Source of the DNA: Candidatus Babeliales bacterium | GTDB lineage: Bacteria > Babelota > Babeliae > Babelales > JANWKD01 | DNA length: 64,000 bases | NCBI GenBank assembly: GCA_963762115.1 | Contig: CAVXJH010000006.1 | Span: 64,001-128,000, forward strand | Reading direction: 5' to 3' | Shown: piece by piece, positions 47,792 through 58,091 of the stretch | Position numbering within the stretch: position 1 is the first letter of the stretch | How the letters are laid out: each line of letters opens with the position of its first letter | Translations under genes and position numbers: made by a program | Notes under the pieces: model-generated | Told to the model about the DNA's origin: nothing | Seen by the model: only the letters and a program-made list of their open reading frames with translations | Databases searched by the model: none

Positions 47792-48970
47792 TCATCTATT
47801 TGCTGTATAAAATTTCTGAACAGCATCATAGTGAGGAGCATAATTGCGCTTTGTTTGAACAATGTGGGCAATCATATCGGCAGCATAACCAGTGCCATAA
47901 ATTGAAGAAGCTTTAGCTTGGATAAGCGGAACATCATTCATTAATTTGTACATTTCTTTTTGAATTGCTTCTTGATTGGTGCCAACTAAGGTGGCCAAAC
48001 CAGTCCATAAACCTTCAACACGCTCTGTTTTATCACGTAATACCAAAACGGGTTTACCCAAACTGATTGCTTCTTCTTGAATGCCCCCTGAATCAGTTGC
48101 AATCCAATCAGCATTCAATAAAAGATAAACAAGTTCTTTATAAAGTAACGGTCTTGATAGAAATAAATTAGGAATTTTAGCGACACCAACTTTATCAACA
48201 GCTTCAAGAACGTGAGGATTTGGATGATAAGGATAAAAGAAAAAAATGTCAGGATTAGCAAGTGCAAATTCTTTAATCGCCGTTAAGATGCGCACAATGC
48301 CGCCATTAAATGATTCACGACGATGCACCGTTAAGAGCACTATTTTTTTACCCTGCATCTTACATTCTTGCACTTTTTGAGTAATTTCTTCATCAATTAT
48401 TACTTCTTTTAAGGCAATTTTTTCTTTAATGATGCGTAAAGTATCAACGACCGTATTACCCGTACAATAAATAGATTCTCTATCAACACCTTCAGCAAGC
48501 AAATTGCCAACATTAAGAGGAGTTGGTGCAAAATGATAATTGGCTACCATTGAAATAAATCGACGATTCATCTCTTCCGGGAATGGACTTTTGATATCAT
48601 TTGTTCGGAGGCCCGCTTCAACGTGACCGATGGGAATATCCAAATAAAAAGCAGCCATTGCAGCCGCCATACTTGAGGTTGTATCACCTTGAACTAATAC
48701 CAAACAGGGATTAACTTTATTATAAAATGCTTTTAATTTTTGCAAGGCACTTTCAGTAATATGAAAAAGATCCTGATTAGGTTGCATAATATCAAGTTGA
48801 TAATCAGGAATAATACCAAATAAATCATACACTTCTTGTAACAAATATGAGTGTTGATCAGTTGAACAAAGTACAATCGAAATCTGCATTTTTTTGAATG
48901 CAAGATACAGAGGAATCATCTTGATCCCTTCTGGTCGTGTACCAACAATGAGAACAATAGGACTTGTCAT
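47792..48970 (-). CDS. wecB: UDP-N-acetylglucosamine 2-epimerase
   Basis: GTRPE, VQGDT, HVEAGLR, PFPEEMNR and DSGGIQEE motifs. Confidence 0.96.
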   Translation of the reverse strand: MTSPIVLIVGTRPEGIKMIPLYLAFKKMQISIVLCSTDQHSYLLQEVYDLFGIIPDYQLDIMQPNQDLFHITESALQKLKAFYNKVNPCLVLVQGDTTSSMAAAMAAFYLDIPIGHVEAGLRTNDIKSPFPEEMNRRFISMVANYHFAPTPLNVGNLLAEGVDRESIYCTGNTVVDTLRIIKEKIALKEVIIDEEITQKVQECKMQGKKIVLLTVHRRESFNGGIVRILTAIKEFALANPDIFFFYPYHPNPHVLEAVDKVGVAKIPNLFLSRPLLYKELVYLLLNADWIATDSGGIQEEAISLGKPVLVLRDKTERVEGLWTGLATLVGTNQEAIQKEMYKLMNDVPLIQAKASSIYGTGYAADMIAHIVQTKRNYAPHYDAVQKFYTANR

Positions 48971-49105
48971 AACACTCTCTCCGTATCATAGGAACAAATT
49001 TTCTATCCTGGTGCACAAGATAGCACAGTGAGCATAATTGACAAGAGGGAAAATGGTAATAAATTACAACTATCATCTTTAATGATTCGATTAAATCTAA
49101 TAAAA

Positions 49106-49954
49106 CTACTTTTTTTCTTTTCGTGCAGCTTCAAGACGATTTTTCAGGTATTTTCGCAGCTTTACTTGTGTTTCATGCAGAGTATCCAGAATTTCTTTGC
49201 TATATTTTTTTATCCAAGCTTTTCTTCCCGTTTTTTTTGCAAGATCTTGCAACGCTTTATTGGGATAATAAAAAGCATTTTCAATATCTTTAACTAATTG
49301 ATTAAAATTGATAAAGATTTGAGATATAACACCCGGTTGATCAACAACATCAAGAAATTGTATATTAAATTTTAAAGCATTAGCAAGGCGCGATAGAGTT
49401 AACACCGTCGGTTCATTTTGAAATTTTATAAATTGATTGCGAGCATTGGTCACTGATTGATCAAATAACGTCTGTTGAAATTCACGATTTTTTTGATTAA
49501 TATAGGGCTCTATAAGTTCTTTTTGGTCTTTAAATGTCATATAAACTGTTTCATGAAATTCTTCTTGTATTGATGAATTAACACCACGATTTTTCATATT
49601 TTGATTAATACGAACTATTTTTTCATCAATATCAGAAAGCATATTTCTGAGCTTTCGTAATTTTTGTAAATCTAAATCTTCTAAATTTTCAAAAAGCAAT
49701 TCATGAAAAATCATTTCTATAAGTTGATCTAACCTATCTTCCGAAGGAATTTTGGAAAAATCATCAAGCAATCTTGAAAAAGATGCCAACTGTTGAAAAA
49801 TATCAAAACTAGGAATTTGTTTAGTTTTTTTTAAAGCATTTTCAAGATCTTGTAACTGTTGATCAAGTTGCATCAAAGTTGATGAAAGTTCTTGCTGTTT
49901 TTGCATCCCAAAAGCAGTAGATACAAAAAAAGTAACGATAAGTATTCTCTTCAT
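49106..49954 (-). CDS. Secreted helical hypothetical protein
   Basis: AAAGGG RBS; signal AFG|MQ; Leu heptad segment. Confidence 0.7.
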   Translation of the reverse strand: MKRILIVTFFVSTAFGMQKQQELSSTLMQLDQQLQDLENALKKTKQIPSFDIFQQLASFSRLLDDFSKIPSEDRLDQLIEMIFHELLFENLEDLDLQKLRKLRNMLSDIDEKIVRINQNMKNRGVNSSIQEEFHETVYMTFKDQKELIEPYINQKNREFQQTLFDQSVTNARNQFIKFQNEPTVLTLSRLANALKFNIQFLDVVDQPGVISQIFINFNQLVKDIENAFYYPNKALQDLAKKTGRKAWIKKYSKEILDTLHETQVKLRKYLKNRLEAARKEKK

Positions 49955-50010
49955 TTTTCCCTTTCGTAGTAGGTATGATACTACTCAAATGAGAAGAAAT
50001 TCTGCAAGAG

Positions 50011-51624
50011 CTAAAATAATTCTTTGATTGCAACATCAACTTGTTGCGCAGTAAGCGTCGTTGACATTGCGCGATAAAAGTTTTCATCATATTCACGCGT
50101 CTGCACAACAACAGGCATAGCAACTGCATGACCAAGCAATAATGCTTGTTTTTTGGTATCAAGTGATGCAAGAATAGTACGTAAATTAGCAGCGTTATTA
50201 ACGCCAGTCAACACCGCTGCAATATCTTTTTCATCATTTAATTGCGCAACAATTTTGGTGCCAATTTGAGAAATGATTTCTTGATCAATGCCTGAAGGTC
50301 GTTGATCAACAACGAGTAATGAAACATAATATTTACGCATTTCACGCGCAATAATACCAAATATTGTTTGCCGAGCGGCAGTTGGATTCAAAAATTTATG
50401 TGCCTCTTCAATACAAATCATCAACTTTATTGGTTCATCTTCAGATCGTTGCGAACCCAAAAATTTTTCAGTTTTATCAACATATTCCTGATGAATGCGT
50501 CGCGTGATAATATTAGCAACTAACAAATAACAAAAGGTGGAAGTAAAATTACCAAATTCAACAATAACAGAAGTGCCTTTGCTGATATATTCCATCATCT
50601 GATCGATAACTGAATAATCTTTATAAGCACCTTGAGCAATTGGCTTGAAAAAGGGTAATCGTTCAATGCGTTTGAGTTTGCGATATAATGCTGCAATTGA
50701 TTCAGGGTGCGCACCCAATTCTTGTGCAAACTCTTTCAGTGAATCGCCTTGAGAAAGTAACACCTGCAACCAATCTTTTTTATATTTAGCCGCAATAAGA
50801 TACGCACATTCAAGCGCTGTTGAATGAAGATTAAGCTCATCTTGCAATGAAAGAATATCATCAACTTGTACTGCTTGATAGGGCAAAGTGATTTCAACAT
50901 CGGGCATACCGCCACGTCGTCTGGTTGAATCTGGATCTAATGAAAAAATTGCAACTTTACCAGGAAAAAGTGTTTTAAGTCCTTTTACAAATGCTTGTGA
51001 TTTTCCTTCAGTGCGTGATTGCAAACCATATTCACTGTGCATATCAAAAATAATATTCACCGCTTTTTCATTTTTAATTAATCCAGCAAGAACCAATCTC
51101 GTTAAAAAAGTCTTTCCCGTACCCGTTTTACCAAATATGCCATTACTGCGTTCTGTTAATTTATCAAGATCTAAGCACACAGGTGTGTTCATATCAAGTG
51201 GGCAACCAATATTAAAATATCTGAGCGAAACATCATCTTCATTGCCAAAAATTGCTGCAACATCTTTACTATCAGCTTCATAGACAGTTGAAAAATGGGC
51301 AGGAATTGTTTTTACCGGCATTTTTTGATTTTGCTTATTCAACATCAACATTGGCTTTAATTGCGCCGTTGCATAAATATCTTTTTTGCGCAACATGGCA
51401 TTAAGAAATGTTTCTTGCGGTGTTGGTGGAAATAATAAAATATCCGGATGACTCACGGCTAACGTTAAATCAGTAATAAGTGAAAAAAAGGCGTAATCAG
51501 CACCCACAATTGATACAAACTTACCCGTTTTTATTTCTTCCAAATTTGTATCATAATGAATGCGCATTAACAATCCTTCAGTTAATGATCCTGAAAGAAT
51601 GTGCCCCAGTACTTTTTTCATCAC
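50011..51624 (-). CDS. herA: HerA-like ATPase (HAS barrel plus FtsK/HerA domain)
   Basis: GKTGTGKT, IIFDMHSEY, IEEAH, REMRKY and DQRPS motifs. Confidence 0.85.
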   Translation of the reverse strand: MMKKVLGHILSGSLTEGLLMRIHYDTNLEEIKTGKFVSIVGADYAFFSLITDLTLAVSHPDILLFPPTPQETFLNAMLRKKDIYATAQLKPMLMLNKQNQKMPVKTIPAHFSTVYEADSKDVAAIFGNEDDVSLRYFNIGCPLDMNTPVCLDLDKLTERSNGIFGKTGTGKTFLTRLVLAGLIKNEKAVNIIFDMHSEYGLQSRTEGKSQAFVKGLKTLFPGKVAIFSLDPDSTRRRGGMPDVEITLPYQAVQVDDILSLQDELNLHSTALECAYLIAAKYKKDWLQVLLSQGDSLKEFAQELGAHPESIAALYRKLKRIERLPFFKPIAQGAYKDYSVIDQMMEYISKGTSVIVEFGNFTSTFCYLLVANIITRRIHQEYVDKTEKFLGSQRSEDEPIKLMICIEEAHKFLNPTAARQTIFGIIAREMRKYYVSLLVVDQRPSGIDQEIISQIGTKIVAQLNDEKDIAAVLTGVNNAANLRTILASLDTKKQALLLGHAVAMPVVVQTREYDENFYRAMSTTLTAQQVDVAIKELF

Positions 51625-51625
51625 A

Positions 51626-54229
51626 TTACTGCTGTTGCGTCAAAAGCCATTTTTTTAAATCTGCTTCAAAATGAGAGCCAACAACAGGGCCGCCACCTTG
51701 CAACGTTTGTCCTTTACCACCACAACGCAATCCTGCATGACTTTTCAGCCATTGCGATAAATTTTGCATTGAAACAGTTGACACAAATTCTGGCGAAAGA
51801 TGTGCATATAAAGAGCTTGTTTGTGCATCACTGTTTATTAAAAAATAAAAACCGGGTTTTTTTTGTGATAATGATGTTGCCAACTCTTTGAGTTCTTCAT
51901 TGGTTTGATCATGAAAACTATCAAAAAGAAAGGGAATTTTGCCAACGAGCTCGACTTTGTTTAACAAAGATGGCATTTCAGTTTTCATAAGCGCAGATTT
52001 CAATTTTTTAATTTCTGATTGTGCACTTTTGAGGTGCTCTCGTTGCTTTGTCAACGATTCAACAAGTTCATCTGAGCGTACCTTATATTCTTGCGTCAAA
52101 TTCTTAACAAGAGAAAAACTTTGTTGAAATACTTCAACTGCCTTTGGTCCTGTCACGGCAACTAAACGTCGCTGACCAGCCGAAAGTGCAGTAACTTCAG
52201 TAATTTTAAAACAACCAATGTCACCGGTAGCAACAACATGCGTTCCCCCACATAATTCAGCAGAAAATCCTGGAATCGCGACAACACGCACATTGTCTGG
52301 ATTATATTTATCACCAAAAAAAGCGATAACGCCTTCGTTTACGGCATCTTTATAGGTAGTAGTTTTAATGTTAAGGGGAATATTTTCTTGAATTTTTTTA
52401 TTCACGACATCTTCAACATGCTTAATTTGTTCTGCTGTTAAATTTTCGTGATAGGTAAAATCAAAGCGCAAATAATCGGGAACCACCAATGAACCAGCTT
52501 GTTTAACTTGCTTGCCAAGCAAGCTAATAAGAGCTGCTTGCAAAAGATGTGTTGCTGTATGATTTTTCATGGTATTCAAACGCGCTTCTTTATTCACCAC
52601 TTGTTTTATTTCATCACCAACAGAAATTGAAATAGGAGTTTCAATTTCTATGGCAATTGCATGATCAATTTTCTTTAATCCATCAATTGATACTGAATGC
52701 TGTTTGCCAAAAATAACTTTTCCCTGATCGCTTATTTGTCCGCCACATTCAACATAAAAAGGTGATTCAGAAGCAATAATCAAACATTTTTGCCCCGCTG
52801 GTGCTGATTTCACGAGTTGATCATTATGAATTATTGCTAAAATATGTGAAGCATTTTCTAATTCTTGGTACCCAGTAAACGTTGTTTTAACTGATAAAGG
52901 TAACGAAATTTTTTGTTCTTCATGAACAACTTTTTTACCCGATTGTTCACGTTGTTTTGTCATATGTTTTTCAAATGAAATAGTATCAACAGCAAATCCT
53001 TTTTCTTGTGCAATCAATTGCGTTAATTCAAGAGGAAAACCATACGTGTCATATAATTTAAATGCTTGCTCACCGGAAACAATTTTTTTTGTATCTTGTG
53101 CAAAATAATCTTCAAGAATCTGTTGACCATGCACGAGATTGATCGCAAATTTTTCCATTTCACTTTTGAGCAGACTGATGATTGCTGCTCGATTCACTTT
53201 TAGTTCAGGATATATTTCTGCCATTTCATCAACCACAACATTGGCAAGCTCGGGAAAAATAGTTTCTGAGGTTAATTTTTTTGAAAATAAAGCAGCGCGA
53301 CGAATAATTTTGCGCAACACATACCCACGACCTTCATTAGAAGGTGAACAACCATCAGCAATCAAAAAACATGAAGCGCGAATATGATCAGCAAGCACAT
53401 GAAATGCTGCTTTTAGCTCATTAGATTGATCTTTATACGATAAACCCGTTAATCGTTCAATTCCTGCCAAAATTGGCGCAAAAAGATCAATTTCAAAAAC
53501 GGAATCTTTATCTTGTTTAATCACACACAGTCGCTCAAGCCCCATGCCGGTGTCAACACCAACACGTTTTAGTGGCTTATCAGTGCCATCATTCTGACGA
53601 TCAAACTGCATAAAAACTAAATTCCATACTTCAAGAAATCTGTCGCAAGAACAACCTGGTGCGCAAGATGCTTCTTGGCATCCTTTATCAGCACCACGAT
53701 CAACTAATAATTCTGAACAAGGGCCACAAGGGCCTGTATCACCCATTTGCCAAAAGTTATCAGCTTCGCCTAAACGATGGATTTGTAATTCTGGCAATCC
53801 AATATGTTTGTGCCATAAGTCATAAGCTTCATCATCTTTTTTATAGACTGTTGCATGTAACGTTTCTTTGTTAAAACCCATTTCTCCAATGAGAAAATCC
53901 CAAGCAAATTGAATTGCTTCTTTCTTGAAATAATCACCAAAAGAGAAATTTCCCATCATTTCAAAAAAGGTTAAATGACGTTTGGTGAAACCAACATTAT
54001 CAAGATCATTATGTTTCCCACCCGCTCGCATACATTTTTGAATACTCACCGCACGATTATAACTGCGTGCTTCTTTGCCCAAAAAAAGATCCTTAAATTG
54101 GTTCATGCCGGCATTGGTGAATAAAATTGTTGGGTCTTGTGCAGGAATAAGTGAAGAACTTGGCACACGAGAATGACCATGTTTTTCAAAGAATTCAAAA
54201 AACTTTTTGCGAATTTGAGTGGAATTCAT
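51626..54229 (-). CDS. alaS: Alanine--tRNA ligase
   Basis: FTNAGMNQFK, TFFEMMGNFSFGDYFK, HTATHLL and ELCGGTH motifs. Confidence 0.99.
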   Translation of the reverse strand: MNSTQIRKKFFEFFEKHGHSRVPSSSLIPAQDPTILFTNAGMNQFKDLFLGKEARSYNRAVSIQKCMRAGGKHNDLDNVGFTKRHLTFFEMMGNFSFGDYFKKEAIQFAWDFLIGEMGFNKETLHATVYKKDDEAYDLWHKHIGLPELQIHRLGEADNFWQMGDTGPCGPCSELLVDRGADKGCQEASCAPGCSCDRFLEVWNLVFMQFDRQNDGTDKPLKRVGVDTGMGLERLCVIKQDKDSVFEIDLFAPILAGIERLTGLSYKDQSNELKAAFHVLADHIRASCFLIADGCSPSNEGRGYVLRKIIRRAALFSKKLTSETIFPELANVVVDEMAEIYPELKVNRAAIISLLKSEMEKFAINLVHGQQILEDYFAQDTKKIVSGEQAFKLYDTYGFPLELTQLIAQEKGFAVDTISFEKHMTKQREQSGKKVVHEEQKISLPLSVKTTFTGYQELENASHILAIIHNDQLVKSAPAGQKCLIIASESPFYVECGGQISDQGKVIFGKQHSVSIDGLKKIDHAIAIEIETPISISVGDEIKQVVNKEARLNTMKNHTATHLLQAALISLLGKQVKQAGSLVVPDYLRFDFTYHENLTAEQIKHVEDVVNKKIQENIPLNIKTTTYKDAVNEGVIAFFGDKYNPDNVRVVAIPGFSAELCGGTHVVATGDIGCFKITEVTALSAGQRRLVAVTGPKAVEVFQQSFSLVKNLTQEYKVRSDELVESLTKQREHLKSAQSEIKKLKSALMKTEMPSLLNKVELVGKIPFLFDSFHDQTNEELKELATSLSQKKPGFYFLINSDAQTSSLYAHLSPEFVSTVSMQNLSQWLKSHAGLRCGGKGQTLQGGGPVVGSHFEADLKKWLLTQQQ

Positions 54230-54637
54230 ATAATCTTTCTAACGTTTTATTATTGCAATATATATTCAAATTATATTTTTATTTATAAATTAATTTTTGC
54301 TTATCCAATATTCTTACCTGCTAAGATTATTATATCTTACATCAAATTTACGTCACAATTAATCTTGTCACTTATACTAACTTTGAAAGAGTATATCAAA
54401 GGAATTATTGATAACAAATTTTCTTTAAATATTTAAAACAACATATCAAACAATACTTATTAATAGTTATTTTTTAATTTTTTTTACTCTTTGGCCCGTT
54501 AATTATTTTCATCTTCTATTTTTAAGTCTGTTTTTCTTCTGTTCTTTTCTTAGAAAAAAATTCCTAAGTTGTTTTCCAGAAGGAATAAATATGGGTAAAG
54601 ACTGCTCGTTATCATTTTCTCGTTCTCCATTTCTTTA

Positions 54638-56998
54638 CTACGAATTCTCTTTAATATTGGGCTCTGCAATACTTTTCTCAGAATCATTAGTTTCATCATC
54701 AACTTCAAACTTCATCATCTCTTTAAGCTTAACATGAATAGATCCCATAATACTGCTCCTCGGCTCATTCGATTCCTCAACCATTCTATGCTCCTCCCTA
54801 ACTCCATTTCTCTCTTGAATTTTTATAATCTCATTCGTTTCATTATCAACTCTATAACCTATTTCCTCTATACCAAGCCAATCACGCTGTATCGACTCTC
54901 TAATCCTCTCAGTAAAAGGTGCATAGCCAACTCTATGATCTATCTTTACACCAGTCATCTTTGCCCTACGCTCATCTATCGCTTCATCCAAAGATCGAAA
55001 AATACAAACACTATCATTCATTTCATCATCAATATCATTTTGCTCTTTTTTTTCTCCCTGCAAATCGTCTGTACCTTCAAAATCATATCCCTTATTTACA
55101 ATTTCATCCTCGAAATAAGATTTTCTTTTTACAATATTTTTTTCAGATAAACTTTGCTCAACAACTAAATCAATATCTGTTTCATCTATCGACGCATGAC
55201 TTTCTTGAGAATCGCTCAAAGCATCAAATTCAGCAGCTAAACTATGTTCATCATGCTTTTGAACTCTATTTTTTCTTTGTAGCATTCTTTTTAAATAATT
55301 TATTTTTTCTTTAGTTTTTGTTTTGATCTTTTTAAAACTGGAATCGGTTTCTTTTCCTTCAATCGGTGCATTACTATGATGCATTTTTGCTTTAGGATTG
55401 GTTGTATCTTTTGGAGTACTATCTTTTTCTGCCTCTTTTTCACCATCACTTTCATCATCTGACGAATATTTTAAATCAGGCATTGCATCAAAAGTTTCTT
55501 GAACTATATTTTCAAAAAGTTCTTCATTGGCTACTTCATTAGGCATATTTTCTTCATTAGAATCAGATTTTTTATTCTTTTGATCCATAGCTTTTCTTTT
55601 CAAAAATTTTATAACTTCATGATGGCCTTTTGAAATTGCTTGCAATAAAGGTGAATCTTTTCCCAATTTGCTATCAATTTGAGCGCCACTTTTTACCAAT
55701 TTTTTAACAAGTGATAAATATCCTTTTCCTGCAGCATAAAAAAGAGCGTCGTAATCTTGCTTATCTTTTATGGTAATATCAGCTCCAAGATCAATAAGAA
55801 GTGCGGCTATTTTAGGGTTTCTGAAGTTAATGGCTTTAATCAGCGGCGTTGAACCTTGGTCATCTTGCTCATCAATATTAGCACCATGTTCAATTAATAG
55901 TCTCACAATCTTAAAGCATGTCTTTAAAATTTGATTGTGAGCAGCACTTTGTTCAATCGCATAAGCTTGATTCCTTTGAAGGATAATGCGCGATTCATCG
56001 TCTAAGGGAATATTATTGTCGATATTCTTTTCAATATTATAAGCCGCAATCATTAACTGCATTTTGTTCTGTGGAATAATATATTCAATACTTGAAGTAG
56101 CAATCATTAAGGGTGTTGTGCCATTTGTAAGAGGTAGATCAATAAAAATTTCTTTATGATTTGCCAATTTTTCTACGATTCCAAAATTACGATTTTGACA
56201 AGCTGTTGCAAGCGCCGTCCAACCATCCACCTCTTGTGCATTAACGTCAATAGTTTCATTCTCTAACAATCGTGTTACTTCTGCTAAATCATTCTCGCAA
56301 ACGGCGAGTATTAATGGAGGACAACTTGAAATAATTTGTGGTTTTTTTGTTGAAAACCCAAGATCGGCTTCTTTTTTTCGGTAAATTGCCTGAATTTTTC
56401 TTTGAATTTCTACAGAAATTTTACGTTTATCAAGAAGATATTTTACCGTATTTATACTTGCTTGAACTTTTTTCTTAAATTTCCCCTCTTTCTTTGTCTT
56501 CTTAGCTTTTTTAGGTTTTTTTGTATGAGCGGTTGCTTTTTTTGTGGGGTTATTAATAGGCTTTTGAGTTTTACTCATTTTTTCAGAAGCTAATAATCGA
56601 TCAACAATATAATCAAAATGATATGTGCGAGCACAAGAAAGAGCCGTTTCTCCTTTTTCATCTGAAATATCACCACGAGCTCCATGATCAATGAGATCTT
56701 CAGTGATTTTAAAATTACCTAATCTAATAGCTTCCAATAATGCCGTTGAGCCATCAAAAGCTTGTGCATTAATGTCAGCCCCGAATGCAATAAGTTTATG
56801 AACAAGTTCAGCATCTTTTGTTTGAACAGCAAAAATTAATGGCGTAATATCACCAATATTTTCATTGAGATTACCACCTTCATGCATCAATCTTTCAATT
56901 TTTTCTCGTAGATCCTGATTATCCATTTCCATGCCGAAAATGGGTAATGAAGTAGCAATAGATAGAAAAATGGTTAAGAAAATAATATGTTTCTTCAC
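54638..56998 (-). CDS. Secreted ankyrin repeat protein with Lys-rich insert and acidic disordered tail
   Basis: AGGAG RBS with GTG start; signal IFG|ME; multiple TPL/TAL ankyrin repeats. Confidence 0.9.
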   Translation of the reverse strand: MKKHIIFLTIFLSIATSLPIFGMEMDNQDLREKIERLMHEGGNLNENIGDITPLIFAVQTKDAELVHKLIAFGADINAQAFDGSTALLEAIRLGNFKITEDLIDHGARGDISDEKGETALSCARTYHFDYIVDRLLASEKMSKTQKPINNPTKKATAHTKKPKKAKKTKKEGKFKKKVQASINTVKYLLDKRKISVEIQRKIQAIYRKKEADLGFSTKKPQIISSCPPLILAVCENDLAEVTRLLENETIDVNAQEVDGWTALATACQNRNFGIVEKLANHKEIFIDLPLTNGTTPLMIATSSIEYIIPQNKMQLMIAAYNIEKNIDNNIPLDDESRIILQRNQAYAIEQSAAHNQILKTCFKIVRLLIEHGANIDEQDDQGSTPLIKAINFRNPKIAALLIDLGADITIKDKQDYDALFYAAGKGYLSLVKKLVKSGAQIDSKLGKDSPLLQAISKGHHEVIKFLKRKAMDQKNKKSDSNEENMPNEVANEELFENIVQETFDAMPDLKYSSDDESDGEKEAEKDSTPKDTTNPKAKMHHSNAPIEGKETDSSFKKIKTKTKEKINYLKRMLQRKNRVQKHDEHSLAAEFDALSDSQESHASIDETDIDLVVEQSLSEKNIVKRKSYFEDEIVNKGYDFEGTDDLQGEKKEQNDIDDEMNDSVCIFRSLDEAIDERRAKMTGVKIDHRVGYAPFTERIRESIQRDWLGIEEIGYRVDNETNEIIKIQERNGVREEHRMVEESNEPRSSIMGSIHVKLKEMMKFEVDDETNDSEKSIAEPNIKENS

Positions 56999-57204
56999 GT
57001 GGGTTCTCCTTTATTTTGAACCTGTAAAATAGTAAAAAATATCAATTTGAATATAATTTAATAGTAGCATATATAAAACAATTAGCAAGTGGCTAATTTT
57101 CCAATTGAAATAAAATCAATTTTAATAAAAACAGGCAAAACAAAAAACTTAATCTTTTTGTTTTGCCTAAAATGCCAAAAATTACATCATATCATAAATA
57201 ATTT

Positions 57205-57702
57205 TTACCATTTCTCCATTTTTTTTAAAAATATTGTTCGCGCATCATTAAATATTTCTGCTGTTTCTTTTTTCATTGATTCTATTCTATCTATATTTTT
57301 TATACACTCTAGTAGAAGATTTTCTGGGGTTGTATCTGCTTTTTTAAAAATTAATTGTGTAAATTTTTTTAAATATTTTTCAGTGGTTTCATTCTTAAAC
57401 GTAGGAGTGTTGTTTTCTATAGAAGAAGACCAAGCTTGAAATATTTTTTTCTCTACCGCTGTTAATGGGAGAGTCTCATTACGTAACATATAAGGGTAGA
57501 CTTTTTTAAAAAATTCTTTGTTAGCCTGTGCAAGATCAAAAAAAATATAGAAAAAATTTACACCAGACAAAATACTCATCTGCTCTTCTACTTCTTGCTT
57601 TTCAAATTTTTTTAACCATTCTTCTTTTGTTAAAAAAGATTCATTGGCACAAACAAACGCAAAATTTAAAGAAAAAAGAAAAAGTGATATTTTTTTTAAC
57701 AT
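57205..57702 (-). CDS. Secreted hypothetical protein
   Basis: Signal-like N-terminus; directly follows trxA. Confidence 0.6.
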   Translation of the reverse strand: MLKKISLFLFSLNFAFVCANESFLTKEEWLKKFEKQEVEEQMSILSGVNFFYIFFDLAQANKEFFKKVYPYMLRNETLPLTAVEKKIFQAWSSSIENNTPTFKNETTEKYLKKFTQLIFKKADTTPENLLLECIKNIDRIESMKKETAEIFNDARTIFLKKMEKW

Positions 57703-57708
57703 GTTATT

Positions 57709-58029
57709 TTATCCCAATAATTCTTTAATTTTGCCAAGCAAATCTTCTTTGCTCATATACCCTGTTTCTTTACCAAGCACATTCCCATTTTTTATAAAAA
57801 CAAAAGTAGGAATTGAAGTAACGCCGTATTGAATGGCCAATTCACGTGATTCATCAACATTCAACTTTAAGAATTTATACTTATTACCTTGTTCTTTTGC
57901 TAATTCTTCAACAATAGGCATCATTTGCAAACAAGGTCCACACCATGTTGCATAAACATCCAAAACAATTGGCAACGTTGATTTAACTACTTCTTGTTCA
58001 TAATTTTCTTTAGTCAATGGAATAGGCAT
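57709..58029 (-). CDS. trxA: Thioredoxin
   Basis: WCGPC active site; SIPT. Confidence 0.97.
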   Translation of the reverse strand: MPIPLTKENYEQEVVKSTLPIVLDVYATWCGPCLQMMPIVEELAKEQGNKYKFLKLNVDESRELAIQYGVTSIPTFVFIKNGNVLGKETGYMSKEDLLGKIKELLG

Positions 58030-58091
58030 AGTGTTTCCCTTATATAAAACTAATGTAATGGTATTTCATAATTTTATCGCACTTTACTCTG

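Noticed and set aside
54510..54637. In-frame protein-like continuation after the TAG TAA of the ankyrin gene
   Set aside because: It is short, low-complexity and purine-rich, and follows a double stop; no evidence of coding.
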